Positions 42,688 through 54,423 of a stretch of DNA of 64,000 nucleotides are shown here, piece by piece. The notes below the pieces were generated by a model that made no database searches, was not told the origin of the DNA, and saw nothing but the letters and a program-made list of their open reading frames with translations. The position numbers and the translations under genes were made by a program. Positions within the stretch are counted from its first letter, which is position 1; every line of letters begins with the position of its first letter. Source of the DNA: an uncultured Actinomycetes bacterium (GTDB lineage Bacteria; Actinomycetota; Thermoleophilia; UBA2241); assembly GCA_963755025.1 (NCBI GenBank), contig CAVWIH010000028.1:64001-128000 (forward strand). The letters run 5' to 3'.

Positions 42688-44077
42688 GCAAAACCATCGT
42701 CGTGCTGGGCGGCGGCCCGGCCGGCTACGTGGCCGCGCTGCGCGCCGCGCAGCTCGGCGCGCAGGTCACCCTGATCGAGGCGCGCGAGGTCGGCGGCACC
42801 TGTCTCAACCGCGGCTGCATCCCGACCAAGGCCCTGGTGGCGGCCGTCGAGCGGCTGCGCCTGGCGCGCGGCGCCGGGCAGTTCGGCATCGCCCTCGGCG
42901 AGCCCCGCCTCGACTTCGGCGCCCTCATGGCGCGCAAGGCCGCGGTCGTCGCGCAGCAGCGCGGCGGCGTCGAGCACCTGCTCAAGGGCCGCAAGGTCGA
43001 GGTCGTCGCCGGCCACGGCCGCCTGCTCGACGCCCACACGGTGCGCGTCTCAGGCGCCGCGACGGCGAGGGCCAGCGCGACCTTGCGGCCGACGCCGTCA
43101 TCGTGGCCAGCGGCTCGCGGCCCACCGTGCCGGCCCTGTTCGAGGTCGCCGACCCGCGCGTGGTGACGAGCGACGAGCTGCTCGATCTCGAGTGCCTGCC
43201 CGAGAGCCTGGCGATCGTCGGCGGCGGCGTGATCGGCTGCGAGTTCGCCTCGATCTTCGCCGAGCTCGGCGTGCCGGTGACGATCGTCGAGCTGCTCGAC
43301 CGGCTCATCGCCGGCGAGGACCGCCGCGCCTCGGCGGCGCTCGCCCAGGCGTTGCGCCGGGCCGGCGTCGAGAGTCTCGTCAAGACGCGCGTCGAGGGCC
43401 TCGAGCTCTCCACGCCGGGACGCGTCGGTCTCGCCCTGAGCGGCGGCGCCACGGTCGCGGCGGCCCTCGTGCTGGTCTGCGTGGGGCGCTCGCCGGTGAG
43501 CGCCGGCCTGGGCCTCGAAGAGGCCGGCGTGGCGCTCGACGCCGGCGGCTTTGTCGTCACCGACGACACGCAGCGCACCACCCTCGAGGGCGTCTTTGCC
43601 GCCGGCGACGTCGCCGGACCGCCGCTGCTGGCCCACTGGGCCTACCGCCAGGGCGCCGCCGCCGCCGCAAACGCCGTGCTCGGCGGCCGCCTCGCCTGCG
43701 ACCGGCGTTTCGTGCCCAACGCCATCTTCAGCCACCCCGAGGTGGCGAGCTTCGGCACGAGCGAGGAGCAGGCCAGGGCGCAGAACCTGCCCATCGTCGT
43801 GGCCCAGGTACGTTTCAACGGTAACTCTAAAGCTGTGATCGAGGGGGAGAACGACGGCTACATCCGTGTCGTGGCCCGCGCCGACGACCGCCGCGTGATC
43901 GGCGCCAGCCTGGTCGGCCCGCACGTCACCGAGCTCGTCCACGAGCTGGTGCTCGCCGCCCAGGCCGGACTGACCCTCGACGAGGTCGCCGCCACGATCC
44001 ACGCCCACCCCACCCTGGCCGAAGCGGTCGGCGAGGCCGCCCTGGGCGCCGTCGGGCGCGGCATGCACACCCTGTGA
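42684..44077 (+). CDS. lpdA: Dihydrolipoamide dehydrogenase (frameshift near 43075)
   Basis: GGGPAGY, GGTCLNRGCIPTK, GGGVIGCE, AGD, HAHPTLAE. Confidence 0.93.
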
Positions 44078-45000
44078 ACGAGCCGTCCCGGCAGGCGCAC
44101 CCCGTGGGCAAGCCCTCCTGGCTGCGCGTGCGGGTGCCCGACGCCGCCCCCTTTAGGGCCACGGCGGGCGTGCTCGAGCGCCTCGCCCTGCACACCGTCT
44201 GCGACGCGGCGCGCTGCCCCAACCGCGGCGAGTGCTTCGCCGCCGGCACGGCGACCTTCCTCATCCTCGGCGAGCTCTGCAGCCGCGGCTGCGGCTTTTG
44301 CGCCATCGCCCGGGCGGCGGGGCCGGCGGCGGCTCCCGACACAGACGAGCCGCGCCGCGTGGCCGCCGCCGCCGGGCTGCTCGGCCTGCGCCACGTGGTG
44401 GTGACGAGCGTCACGCGCGACGACCTGCCCGACGGCGGCGCGGCCCACTACGCGGCCACGGTGAGGGCGCTCCACGCGGCGCTGCCGCAGGCCAGCGTCG
44501 AGGTCCTGGTACCGGACTTTCGCGACCGGCCCGGCGCCCTGGAGACCGTGCTTGCGGCGCGCCCCCAGGTGCTCAACCACAACCTCGAGACCGTGCCGCG
44601 CCTCTACGGCGAGGTGCGGCCGGGGGCTTCCTATGAGCGCTCGCTCGCCCTGCTGCGCGCCGCGGCGCGGCGCAGGGGCGCCGGCGCGCCGGCGCTCGTC
44701 AAGACGGGCCTCATGCTCGGCCTGGGCGAGAGCGGCGACGAGGTCGCCGGCGTGCTGGCCGACTGCGCCGCGGCCGGCGCCGACCTGGTCACCGTGGGGC
44801 AGTACCTGCGCCCGGCCGCCGGCTGCCTGCCCGTGGCGCGCTACGTGCCGCCCGAGGAGTTCGCCGCTCTGGCGCCGCTCGGCGAACGCCTGGGCGTGCG
44901 CGTCGTGGCGGGGCCGTTCGTGCGCTCCTCGTACCGCGCCGCGGCGTCGTTTGCCGAGCTCGCTACCGGGGCGCCGGCGCCCACCAGGAACCCGGCGTGA
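44074..45000 (+). CDS. lipA: Lipoyl synthase
   Basis: KPSWLR, TVCDAARCPNRGEC, CSRGCGFC, NHNLETV, GQYLRP, VRSSY. Confidence 0.95.
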   Translation: MNEPSRQAHPVGKPSWLRVRVPDAAPFRATAGVLERLALHTVCDAARCPNRGECFAAGTATFLILGELCSRGCGFCAIARAAGPAAAPDTDEPRRVAAAAGLLGLRHVVVTSVTRDDLPDGGAAHYAATVRALHAALPQASVEVLVPDFRDRPGALETVLAARPQVLNHNLETVPRLYGEVRPGASYERSLALLRAAARRRGAGAPALVKTGLMLGLGESGDEVAGVLADCAAAGADLVTVGQYLRPAAGCLPVARYVPPEEFAALAPLGERLGVRVVAGPFVRSSYRAAASFAELATGAPAPTRNPA

Positions 45001-45040
45001 CCGGTCCGACGCGAACGGACACCACGCGGTCGGACCAGGC

Positions 45041-45823
45041 GTGAGCGAGCCTCAAGCGAGCGCACCCCGCACGAGCGCACCCCGCGCCGTCCTGCTCGAC
45101 GTCGATTTCACCCTGCTGCGCCCTGGCGAGCTCTTCAGTGCCGAAGGCTATCGCGCGGCCGGCGCGCGGTTCGGGCTGCGCCTCGACACGCAGCGCTGGC
45201 GCGAGGCCGAGCGCAGCGCCGCGCGCGCCGTCGAAGCGCGTCGCGCGGGGCGCGGCAACGTGCACGACGACGCCGTCCACGGGATCATCGCCGCCGCCAT
45301 CGTGACGGCATGGGCGGCCGCGACGCCGCCGCGCGTCGAGCGCTGCGCGGCGGCCATCGTCGAGGCCTGGGGCCGCGTCGTCAACTTCTCGCTGTACGAC
45401 GACGCACGGCCCTGCCTCACGCGCCTGCGCGACGCCGGCCTTGCGGTCGGTCTCATCTCGAACACCACCCGCGACCTCGATGAGTTGCTCGACGCCTTCG
45501 ACTTGCGCGACCTGGTCGACGGCGCCGTCACGAGCGCGCAGGTCGGCCTGTTCAAGCCGGCGCGCGAGATCTTCGTCGCGGCGCTCGCCACCATCGGCGC
45601 CGACGCGCGTGAGACGGTCATGGTGGGCGATTCGTACCGCGACGACGTTGAGGGGGCGCTGGCCGCCGGGCTGTCGGCCGTGCTGCTCGATCGCGACGGC
45701 GGCCGGGCGGCGGCCCTGGCGGGCGCCCGGCCGAAGGCGCCGGTCATCGCGAGCCTCGCCGAGCTGCCGGGGCTGCTCGGCCTGCCGCGCACGGCGCCCG
45801 CCGACGACGCGGCCCTGGTCTAG
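45041..45823 (+). CDS. HAD-superfamily hydrolase
   Basis: LDVDFTL, ISN, FKP..EIF, MVGDS..DDVEGA. Confidence 0.85.
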   Translation: MSEPQASAPRTSAPRAVLLDVDFTLLRPGELFSAEGYRAAGARFGLRLDTQRWREAERSAARAVEARRAGRGNVHDDAVHGIIAAAIVTAWAAATPPRVERCAAAIVEAWGRVVNFSLYDDARPCLTRLRDAGLAVGLISNTTRDLDELLDAFDLRDLVDGAVTSAQVGLFKPAREIFVAALATIGADARETVMVGDSYRDDVEGALAAGLSAVLLDRDGGRAAALAGARPKAPVIASLAELPGLLGLPRTAPADDAALV

Positions 45824-45890
45824 CCGGCCCGACCTGCAGCGCCGGGCAGGGCGCCGACGCCCGGCGCCGTTGATCCGCGCCGCTGGAGCC

Positions 45891-47125
45891 TCAGGGCTTG
45901 GGCTGCAGCGCGTAGAGCGTGTGGACGCCGTTCAGATACAGGGTCTGGCTGTCCGCGGTCGCCGGTGAGTACCTGCCGTCCGGAAAACGCCACACCGCGC
46001 GCCCGGTGCGGGCGTTCAGGCCCCAGGTGCGATGGGCGAAGTTCGAGACATAGACGATGCCGTCGAGGACCGTCGGCGACCCCGAGATCGGCGCTCCGGT
46101 GGCGAACCTCCAGACGAGCCGGCCGTTGGCGGCGTTCAAGGCGTAGAACTCGCCGTCGTAGCTGCCCTCGAAGACCAGGTTGCGCCACACCGCCGGCGAC
46201 GAGTACACGTAGCCGCCGGTGGTGAACGACCAGCGCAGGCCGCCGTTCGACAGCGAGAAGGCGTAGATGTCGCCGCCGATGCCGCCGATATAGACGGTGT
46301 CGTAGGCGAGGGCCGCGGTCGCGTAGAACTGGTTCCCCGCCAGCAGCCCGCCGGTGCGCGCGCCGCCACAGCAGCTTGCCGTTGTAGTTGAGGCAGTAGA
46401 CCGAGCCGTCGTAGGAACCCACGACGATGCGTCCGCCGAGCTTCGGCCGGGGCGCCCTTCACGGCGCCGCCGGTACGGTAGCGCCAAGCCAGCTTGTGGG
46501 TGCTGATGTTCATCGCATAGACGCTGCCGTCCTGGTCGCCGAAGAACACGCGGTCGCGAAAGACAAGCGGCGACGACTCGCTGCGGCCGAGGCCCGAGAG
46601 CCCCCATTCCGGCTTGCCCGTGACCCGGTCGAGCACCAGGAAGCGGCCCCCCAGCGAGGTCAGGTAGACCGACTTCGCGTCGACCGTCGGCGTCGTGGCG
46701 AACAGGGTGGCGGGGCGCAGCTTGTACTGCCACACGAGGGCGCGGTTGCGGGCCTTCAGGCAGATCACGAGACCGTGCTCGGTGCAGAAGTAGAGGTAGC
46801 CGTCGTAGATCGACGGCGGGAACTCGAGCAGGTCGCCGGCGGGGTAGCGCCATTTGACGTGGTAGGGAGGGTGCACGGTGATCGCCGGGTTGTAGCGCGT
46901 GCGGGCCGTGTTGTAGCCGTAGGTCAGCCAGTTTCCCAGGGCGAACTGCGCCGGCGAGTTCGACGGCGAGGGCGCCGGCGTGGCCGCCTGGGTGATCTGC
47001 TGGGTGGGGAACGGGGTAGGCTTGGGGCCGTTGCTATGGTGCAGCGCGAGCACGGCGACGCCCGCGATGCCGCCGATCACGATGACGGCGGCGACGATGT
47101 CGATGTAGAGCAGTCTACGGCGCAC
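45891..47125 (-). CDS. Membrane-anchored PQQ-binding-like beta-propeller protein (frameshifts near 46365-46445)
   Basis: N-terminal TM; repeated SP.V..G.VY.GS.DG..YAL.A..G...W blades. Confidence 0.8.
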
Positions 47126-47210
47126 GGGACTGCAGTGTACCTGCACCTAACGGGTGCGGTTCAAGATCCGAAGGGCCGCACCGACGTTGCCGGTCGTATA
47201 TCGTAGGGCC

Positions 47211-48238
<1,028 letters not shown>

Positions 48239-48242
<4 letters not shown>

Positions 48243-49713
48243 GCGCCGCAACGCGGCCCCCGGGCGGCGACGACCGCAACGACCCCGCCACCGCCGGCGC
48301 GACGAGCGGCGACGCGACACCCGCCGGCGCGCAGACACGCGGCGGCTCGCTGCGCGGCTTGGCGGCGGTCGACCAGGTGTTGCGCGAGCCGCTCGTCGCC
48401 GCCCTGGCCGAGACCTACCCGCGCGACGTCGTCGTGGCGGCGGTGCGCACGGTCATCGAGCGCCTGCGGCGCGAGATCATCGAGGGCGGGCGCCAGAGCG
48501 ACGCCGCCGCCCTCACGCCCGCCCAGCTCGCGCCTTGGGTCGAGAAGCTCGTCGAGACGGCCGTCTCGCCGTCGCTGCGGCGCGTGATCAACGCCACCGG
48601 CGTGGTGGCCCACACCAACCTGGGGCGCTCGGTGCTGCCGCCCGAGGCGCTCGCCGCGGTGGCCACCGCCGCGGGCTCCTACACCGATCTCGAGCTCGAC
48701 CTGGCCGGCGGTGAGCGCGCCACGCGCCAGCGCCACGTGCGCGACGTGCTCTGCACCCTGACCGGCGCCGCCGACGCGCTGGTCGTCAACAACAACGCCG
48801 CGGCCATCCTGCTCGCGCTGGCCGCCACCAGCCGCGACGGCGAGGTGATCGTCTCGCGAGGCGAGCTGGTCGAGATCGGCGAGGGCTTCCGCATTCCCGA
48901 CATCCTCGCCGAGAGCGGCGCGCGCCTGGTCGAGGTGGGCACCACCAACCGCACCTACCTGCGCGACGTCGAGCACGCCTGGAGTGAGCGCACGCGCGCG
49001 GTCCTGCGGGTGCACACCAGCAACTACCGTATCGTGGGCTTCACGGCGCAGCCGGCCATCGAGGAGCTCGTGGGCTTCGCCCACGAGCGCGGCGCGCTCG
49101 TCATCGACGACCTCGGCAGCGGCGCCCTCGCCGACCTGCCGCTCTTCGCCGAAGAACCCGCGGCGCGCGAGTCGCTGCGCCTGGGGGTCGACCTGGTCAC
49201 CTTCAGCGGCGACAAGCTGCTCGGCGGCCCGCAGGCCGGCATCGTCCTCGGTTCGACCGAGGCCATCGGGCGGCTGCGCAGCCATCCGCTGGCCCGGGCG
49301 CTGCGCATCGACAAGCTCAACCTGGCGGCCCTCGACGCCCTGCTGCGCCTCTACCTCGATCCCGCGCGGGCGCTCGAGCGCGTGCCCACGCTGGCGCTCC
49401 TCTCGCAGACTCGCGAGACCCTGGTCGAGCGCGCCGTGCGGCTGCGCGACGAGGTGGGAGAGGGCGAGGTCGTCGACTCGGTGGCGCGCGCCGGCGCCGG
49501 CGCGCTGCCGGTGGCCGAGGTGGCCAGCGTCGCGCTCGCTCTGGCCGACCGCGCCGGCGCCGTCGGCGAGCTCGCCGCCCGGCTACGCCGCGGCTCGCCC
49601 GCGGTGCTCGGCTACGTGCACGACGGCCGGCTGCTGCTCGACGTGCTGGCCGTACGCGACCACGAGATCGGCGAGCTCGCCGCGGCGGTGGCGGGGCGCT
49701 CGCCCCGGCCTGA
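48239..49713 (+). CDS. selA: L-seryl-tRNA(Sec) selenium transferase (indel before the stop)
   Basis: VINATGVVAHTNLGR, VNNNAAA, SRGELVEIG..FR.PD, VGTTNRT, FSGDKLLGGPQAG. Confidence 0.95.
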
Positions 49714-49721
49714 CGCGCGTC

Positions 49722-51814
49722 GTGTCCGAGCGCCGCGTGCCCGAACCGCCCCCCTGCGACGGGCCCGGGTCTGCCTCGCCCGCGCCTGCTACGCCGGGAC
49801 CCGGTGCGCCCGAGCCGGAGCTGTCGCTGACCCTCGGCACCGCCGGCCACATCGATCACGGCAAGACCGCCCTCGTCACGCGCCTCACGGGCACCAACAC
49901 CGACCGCCTGCGCGAAGAGCGCGAGCGCGGCATCTCGATCGAGCTGGGCTACGCCGAGCTCGAGCTGCCCGGCGGCCAGCGCCTCAGCGTGGTCGACGTG
50001 CCCGGCCACGAGCGCTTCGTGCGCACCATGGTCGCCGGCGCCACCGGCATCGACCTCTTCCTGCTCGTGGTGGCCGCCGACGACGGCGTCATGCCGCAGA
50101 CCATCGAGCACCTCGCCGTGATCGAGCTGCTCGGCGTGGCGCGCGGCGTGGTGGCGCTCACCAAGACAGACCTGGTCGACGACGAGCTGCTCGAGATGGC
50201 CCACGCCGACGTCGAGCGCTTCCTCGCCGACACGCCCTACGCCGCGGCGCCCATCGTCGCCGTCAGCGCGCGCGACGGCAGCGGCTTGCCGGAGCTGCTC
50301 GACGCCCTCGCGCGTGTCGCGGCGGCCGGCGCCAGCGATCGCCGCGAGGGGCCGGCGCGCTTGCCGGTCGACCGGGTCTTCGCCTTGAAGGGCTTCGGCA
50401 CGGTGGTCACCGGCACGCTGTGGCGCGGCGCCGTGCGCGTGGGCGACCGGCTCGTCGTGCAGCCCGGGGGCGAGGCCGTGACCGTGCGCAGCGTGCAGAT
50501 GCACGAGCGCGCCGTCGAGGCAGGCCTCGCCGGGCGGCGCGTGGCGCTCAGCCTGCGCGGCGCCGACCGCGCGACCATCGAGCGCGGCGCGTTCCTGGTG
50601 AGTCCCGAGGCGGCCGCCCGCGTCGCCCCGACGCGCTCGTTCGTGGCCGCCGTGCGCCTGGTCGGCGCCGCGCGCCCGCTCAAGACCGGCGAGCGCCTGC
50701 GCCTGCACCACGGCACCACGCAACACGTCGCGCACCTGAGCTTTCTCGACCGCCGCGAGCTCGGGTCGGGTGACGAGGCGGTGGCGATCGTGCGGCTCGA
50801 CGGCGACCCGGCCGCCGTCGAGCCGCACGATCGCTTCATCCTGCGCTCGCTGTCGCCCGGCCAGACCATCGGCGGCGGCACGGTGCTCGACGCCGTGCCG
50901 CGGCGCTGGCGCCAGCGGCCCGCCCAGCTCGCCTTCGCCCAGGCGGTCGCCGCCGGCGACGTGCCGCGCGCGCTGCTGCTGGCCGCGACCGACCGCGGTG
51001 CGGCCGGTCTGGCCGCCGGCGAGCTGGTCGCGGCCGGCATCGACCCCGCAGCGGCCGCGCCGGCACTGGCGGCGCTCGTCGCCGCGGGCGAGCTCGAGAC
51101 CGCGGCGCGGGCCGCCCGGGACGACGCGCCGGCCCCGCCGGGCGCGCCGGCTGCCGAGCGCGGCGCCACAGTCGCCGGCCGCGAACCGCCGCCGCCGAGC
51201 GTCGCTACTTTGTGGCCGGCACCGTGACCGAGGTGGTGGGCGCCCTCGAGGCGCCGCTCGCGCGCCGGGCCGCCGAGCACCCCGAGAACCCGTTCGTGGC
51301 GCTCTCCGCCCTGGCCGCCGCCGTGCCGCGCTTTCCGCTCGACGAGCTGGCCGCCGTGGTGGCGGGACTGGTGGCGAGCGGCGAGCTCGTCGAGCGTGAC
51401 GGCGCTTACGCCCGGGCGGGCGCGGGCGACGCCCTGTCGCCCGCCCACGAAGCGCTCGCGGCGCGGGTCGGCGAGCGCCTCGCGGCGGCGCGTTTCGCGC
51501 CGCCCACGCTCGCCTCACTCGAAGAGGAGCTCGGCGCCGACAAGCGCGACCTGCTGATGGTGCTCGAGGTGCTCACCCGCCGCGGCCTCACGGTGCGCGC
51601 CGACCGCGACCTGTGGTTCGCGAGCGCCGCCGTCGACGAGGCGCGCGAGCGCCTCAGGGAGGCGCTCGCGCGCCTCGGTGAGATCACCCTCGCCGACTAC
51701 CGCGACGCCCTTGCGACCGGTCGTCGCCACGCCCAGGCGTTGCTCGAGCTGTTCGATTCCGAGGGGCTCACGCGACGCCGCGGCGATGTGCGCGTGTTGC
51801 GGGCGCGCCGCTAG
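49722..51814 (+). CDS. selB: Selenocysteine-specific elongation factor (frameshift near 51205)
   Basis: [41 protein letters not shown]; C-terminal winged helix RDAL.TGRR.AQ.LLE.FD. Confidence 0.95.
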
Positions 51815-51917
51815 AGCGAGCGCCGTGGCGGCGCTGGGGCGCGCCTCAGGCGACCTGGCGTCTCGGGCCTCCGCCGCGCGATGTCCTGGTGGGTGGCCGT
51901 GCGGCCGGCGGTAGGGC

Positions 51918-53018
51918 TTACGGCCTGCCCGAGGCGAAGTAGTCGCCGCCGAAGGCCGAGTCGTAGCGCACGTCGACGCCGGTGTACGGCGCGTCGATCA
52001 TGGAGCCGCCGCCCACGTAGATGCCCACGTGGTGGATGCCGCCCGCGGACGGCCCGAAGAAGATGAGGTCGCCGGGCTGCTCAGAGCCGTGCGCGATGTG
52101 GGTGATCGAGGCGTACTGCATGGCCGCGTTGTGCGGCAGCGAGATACCGAGCTGGGCGTAGACGTACATGGTCAGGCCGGAGCAGTCGAAGCCGCTCGGG
52201 CTGGCGCCGCCCCACACGTAGGGGACGCCGAGGTAGCGGGCCGCGATCGACACGGCCGAGCTGTGGGAGCCGGCCGACGAGGTCGAACCGCCACCACCAC
52301 CGCCGCCGCCACCGCCCGACGAGACCTGCTGCGGGGCGGATTTGGCCGCCGCCTGCGCGGCGGCTGCCGCGGCTTCGGCGCGCTGCGCGGCGAGCTTGGC
52401 GGCTCGTGCCTGCGCGGCCTGCATCGCGTCAATCTGCTTCTGGACGCCGCGCAGCATGGACTGGCGCTCGGAGAGGTCGGACGAGATCTTCTGTTTGGTG
52501 GCGGCGCGTTGTGCGACCAGGGTGGCGGCCTGCTTGCCTTCGGCGAGCAAGGCCACACGGCGGCGGTCGATCTGCTGTTTCAACGCCGTGATGGTGCTGA
52601 CGGTGTCGCTGTCGCTCTGGTCCACCTGGCGCATGGCGTTGACCTCGGTGACCAGGTCGTTGAAGCTCCTGGTGGAGAGCAGCACGTCGAGCACGCTCGC
52701 CTTGTCCTGCTTGTACATCGACACTACGCGCTGCGTGAGGAGCTGGCGGGCGACCAGCAGGTTGTAGCGGGCGATGTTCAGCTGGCGCTGGTTGGTGACG
52801 ATCTGGGCGCGCACCGTGCCGAGCTTCTGCGAGGCCGCGTCGTAGGCTTCGACGGCGTACTCCATCTTGGTGTTCAGAGCCGAGACCTGGGCGGCGATGT
52901 GCTGCGCCTGCGCCTTTTTCTGGGCGATGGTAGCGCCTTGGGCGAGTCCGGGCAGCGCGCACAGCACTGCCGATGCGACGATGAGGAAGATGACTGGGAA
53001 CAAAAGCCTGCGGTGCAT
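51918..53018 (-). CDS. Secreted coiled-coil plus NlpC/P60 peptidoglycan endopeptidase
   Basis: Signal peptide, coiled coil, Gly/Ser linker, YLGVPYVWGG..GFDCSGL, HHVGIYVG. Confidence 0.93.
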   Translation of the reverse strand: MHRRLLFPVIFLIVASAVLCALPGLAQGATIAQKKAQAQHIAAQVSALNTKMEYAVEAYDAASQKLGTVRAQIVTNQRQLNIARYNLLVARQLLTQRVVSMYKQDKASVLDVLLSTRSFNDLVTEVNAMRQVDQSDSDTVSTITALKQQIDRRRVALLAEGKQAATLVAQRAATKQKISSDLSERQSMLRGVQKQIDAMQAAQARAAKLAAQRAEAAAAAAQAAAKSAPQQVSSGGGGGGGGGGSTSSAGSHSSAVSIAARYLGVPYVWGGASPSGFDCSGLTMYVYAQLGISLPHNAAMQYASITHIAHGSEQPGDLIFFGPSAGGIHHVGIYVGGGSMIDAPYTGVDVRYDSAFGGDYFASGRP

Positions 53019-53035
53019 GCCGTCGCCTCCTTTTG

Positions 53036-53131
53036 GGGCTCACCCATGGCCGGGAGTCCCTGAGGTGCGCGCGTTACCTCGTGCGCTTCGCTTACGTTGC
53101 GGGCCTGCAACCCGTACCGGGGCACGAGCCC
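53036..53131 (-). ncRNA. Putative structured 5' leader RNA
   Basis: GGGCTC...GAGCCC closing stem with internal hairpins, between the promoter and the AGGAGG RBS. Confidence 0.4.
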
Positions 53132-53135
53132 GGGG

Positions 53136-53164
53136 ACACTACCACAGTCGCCACGCTCGTACAA
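53136..53164 (-). promoter_or_regulatory. Sigma-A promoter with extended -10
   Basis: Minus strand TTGTAC-N17-TAGTGT with TGn before the -10. Confidence 0.55.
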
Positions 53165-53452
53165 CCTGACCGGTCAGTCAGTTTCGGCTTCGCACCCATC
53201 GACCGCCGCAGGTCGGTGCGCGGCGGGCGGGCGTCACGCTGCTCGTCGTTGACGCCCTGAGACCTAGAGTTCGCCTTCGGCTCGCGCTCACCTTTGCTCC
53301 GGCGCTCGCTCGTCCTTACGTCGGCTCGCGCGCGCCGGTGCTTTAGGGCCTCGCCCGCGCGACCGGCCCGTGGCGAGCCCCGGGGCTTGGTGATAGCTTG
53401 GCGTCGCAGCCGCATCGGGAGCACTGGAGAGACCACGAAGGGGGCGTCGCTC

Positions 53453-54244
53453 ATGGAGCGCAAGGGACGACTGGCCGGCAAGGTGGCCCTGATCACCGGG
53501 GTCGCCAAGCAGGACGGCATAGGGTTCGCCGCGGCGCGGGTCTTCGCCGACGAAGAGGCCGCCGGCCTGGCCGTCGTCGACATCGCCGACGCGGTACACG
53601 CCTGTCCCGCGCACCTCGGGGAGCACTGCTCGAGCCACACGGCCGATCTCACCAAAGCCGCCGACGTGCAGCGCGTGGTCGACGAAGCGATCGCCGTCCA
53701 CGGCCGCATCGACGTGCTCGTCAACAACGCCGGCATGGTCGTGTTCGGGCAAGACGAAGACTTCGCCGCCTTTCAGGACCTCACCGAGCGCCAGTGGGAC
53801 TTTGGCATCGCCATCAACCTGAAGAGCCAGTTCCTCATGACGCGCGCCGTCGTGGGCCACATGATCGCGCGCGGCTCGGGGCGCATCGTCAACGTCTCGT
53901 CGGCGACTGGGCCGGTGGTGGCCAACCCCGAGGAGTCCGTGTACTGCGCCGCCAAAGCGGGTGTGCTCGGGCTCACGCGCGGCCTCGCCCTCGACGTGGC
54001 GCGCCACGGCATCACGGTCAACGCAGTGGGGCCGGGCTGGGTGGCCACCGGGTCGCAGGCCGACGGCGAAGACGTGGGCGGCGCCAACACGCCGCTCAAG
54101 CGTTCCGGCCGCCCCGACGAGATCGCCCGGCTGATCTGCTTCCTGGCCTCAGACGACGCGAGCTACATCACCGGGCAGCTCGTGGTGATCGACGGCGGCA
54201 ACACGATCCAGGAGTACAAGGGCCCGAGCGAGCTGTATTACTAG
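53453..54244 (+). CDS. SDR family oxidoreductase
   Basis: TGVAKQDGIG, NNAG, VSS, YCAAK, VGPGW. Confidence 0.9.
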   Translation: MERKGRLAGKVALITGVAKQDGIGFAAARVFADEEAAGLAVVDIADAVHACPAHLGEHCSSHTADLTKAADVQRVVDEAIAVHGRIDVLVNNAGMVVFGQDEDFAAFQDLTERQWDFGIAINLKSQFLMTRAVVGHMIARGSGRIVNVSSATGPVVANPEESVYCAAKAGVLGLTRGLALDVARHGITVNAVGPGWVATGSQADGEDVGGANTPLKRSGRPDEIARLICFLASDDASYITGQLVVIDGGNTIQEYKGPSELYY

Positions 54245-54421
54245 GCGCGCAACGCAGTCACGCACGCCTGAGCGCCGACGGCGAAGTCCTTCGACGGACT
54301 AGGCGCGCAACGTAGTCGCGCCTGCCTGAGCGCCGACGACGAAGTCCTTCGACGGACTAGGCGCGCAACGCAGTCACGCACGCCTGAGCGCCGACGGCGA
54401 AGTCCTTCGACGGACTAGGCG
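54241..54421 (+). repeat. Three tandem 58-bp CTAG-anchored repeats
   Basis: Units start at 54241, 54299 and 54357, with a closing CTAGGCG at 54415; units 1 and 3 are identical. Confidence 0.92.
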
Positions 54422-54423
54422 CC

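Noticed and set aside
53036-53131. tRNA-Sec (selC) or SRP RNA next to selB
   Set aside because: Similar size and closing stem, but no UCA anticodon loop, no T-loop GTTCRA and no SRP GGAAG-CAGC motif.
54241-54421. CRISPR array
   Set aside because: The units are contiguous with no unique spacers, and no cas genes are in the window.
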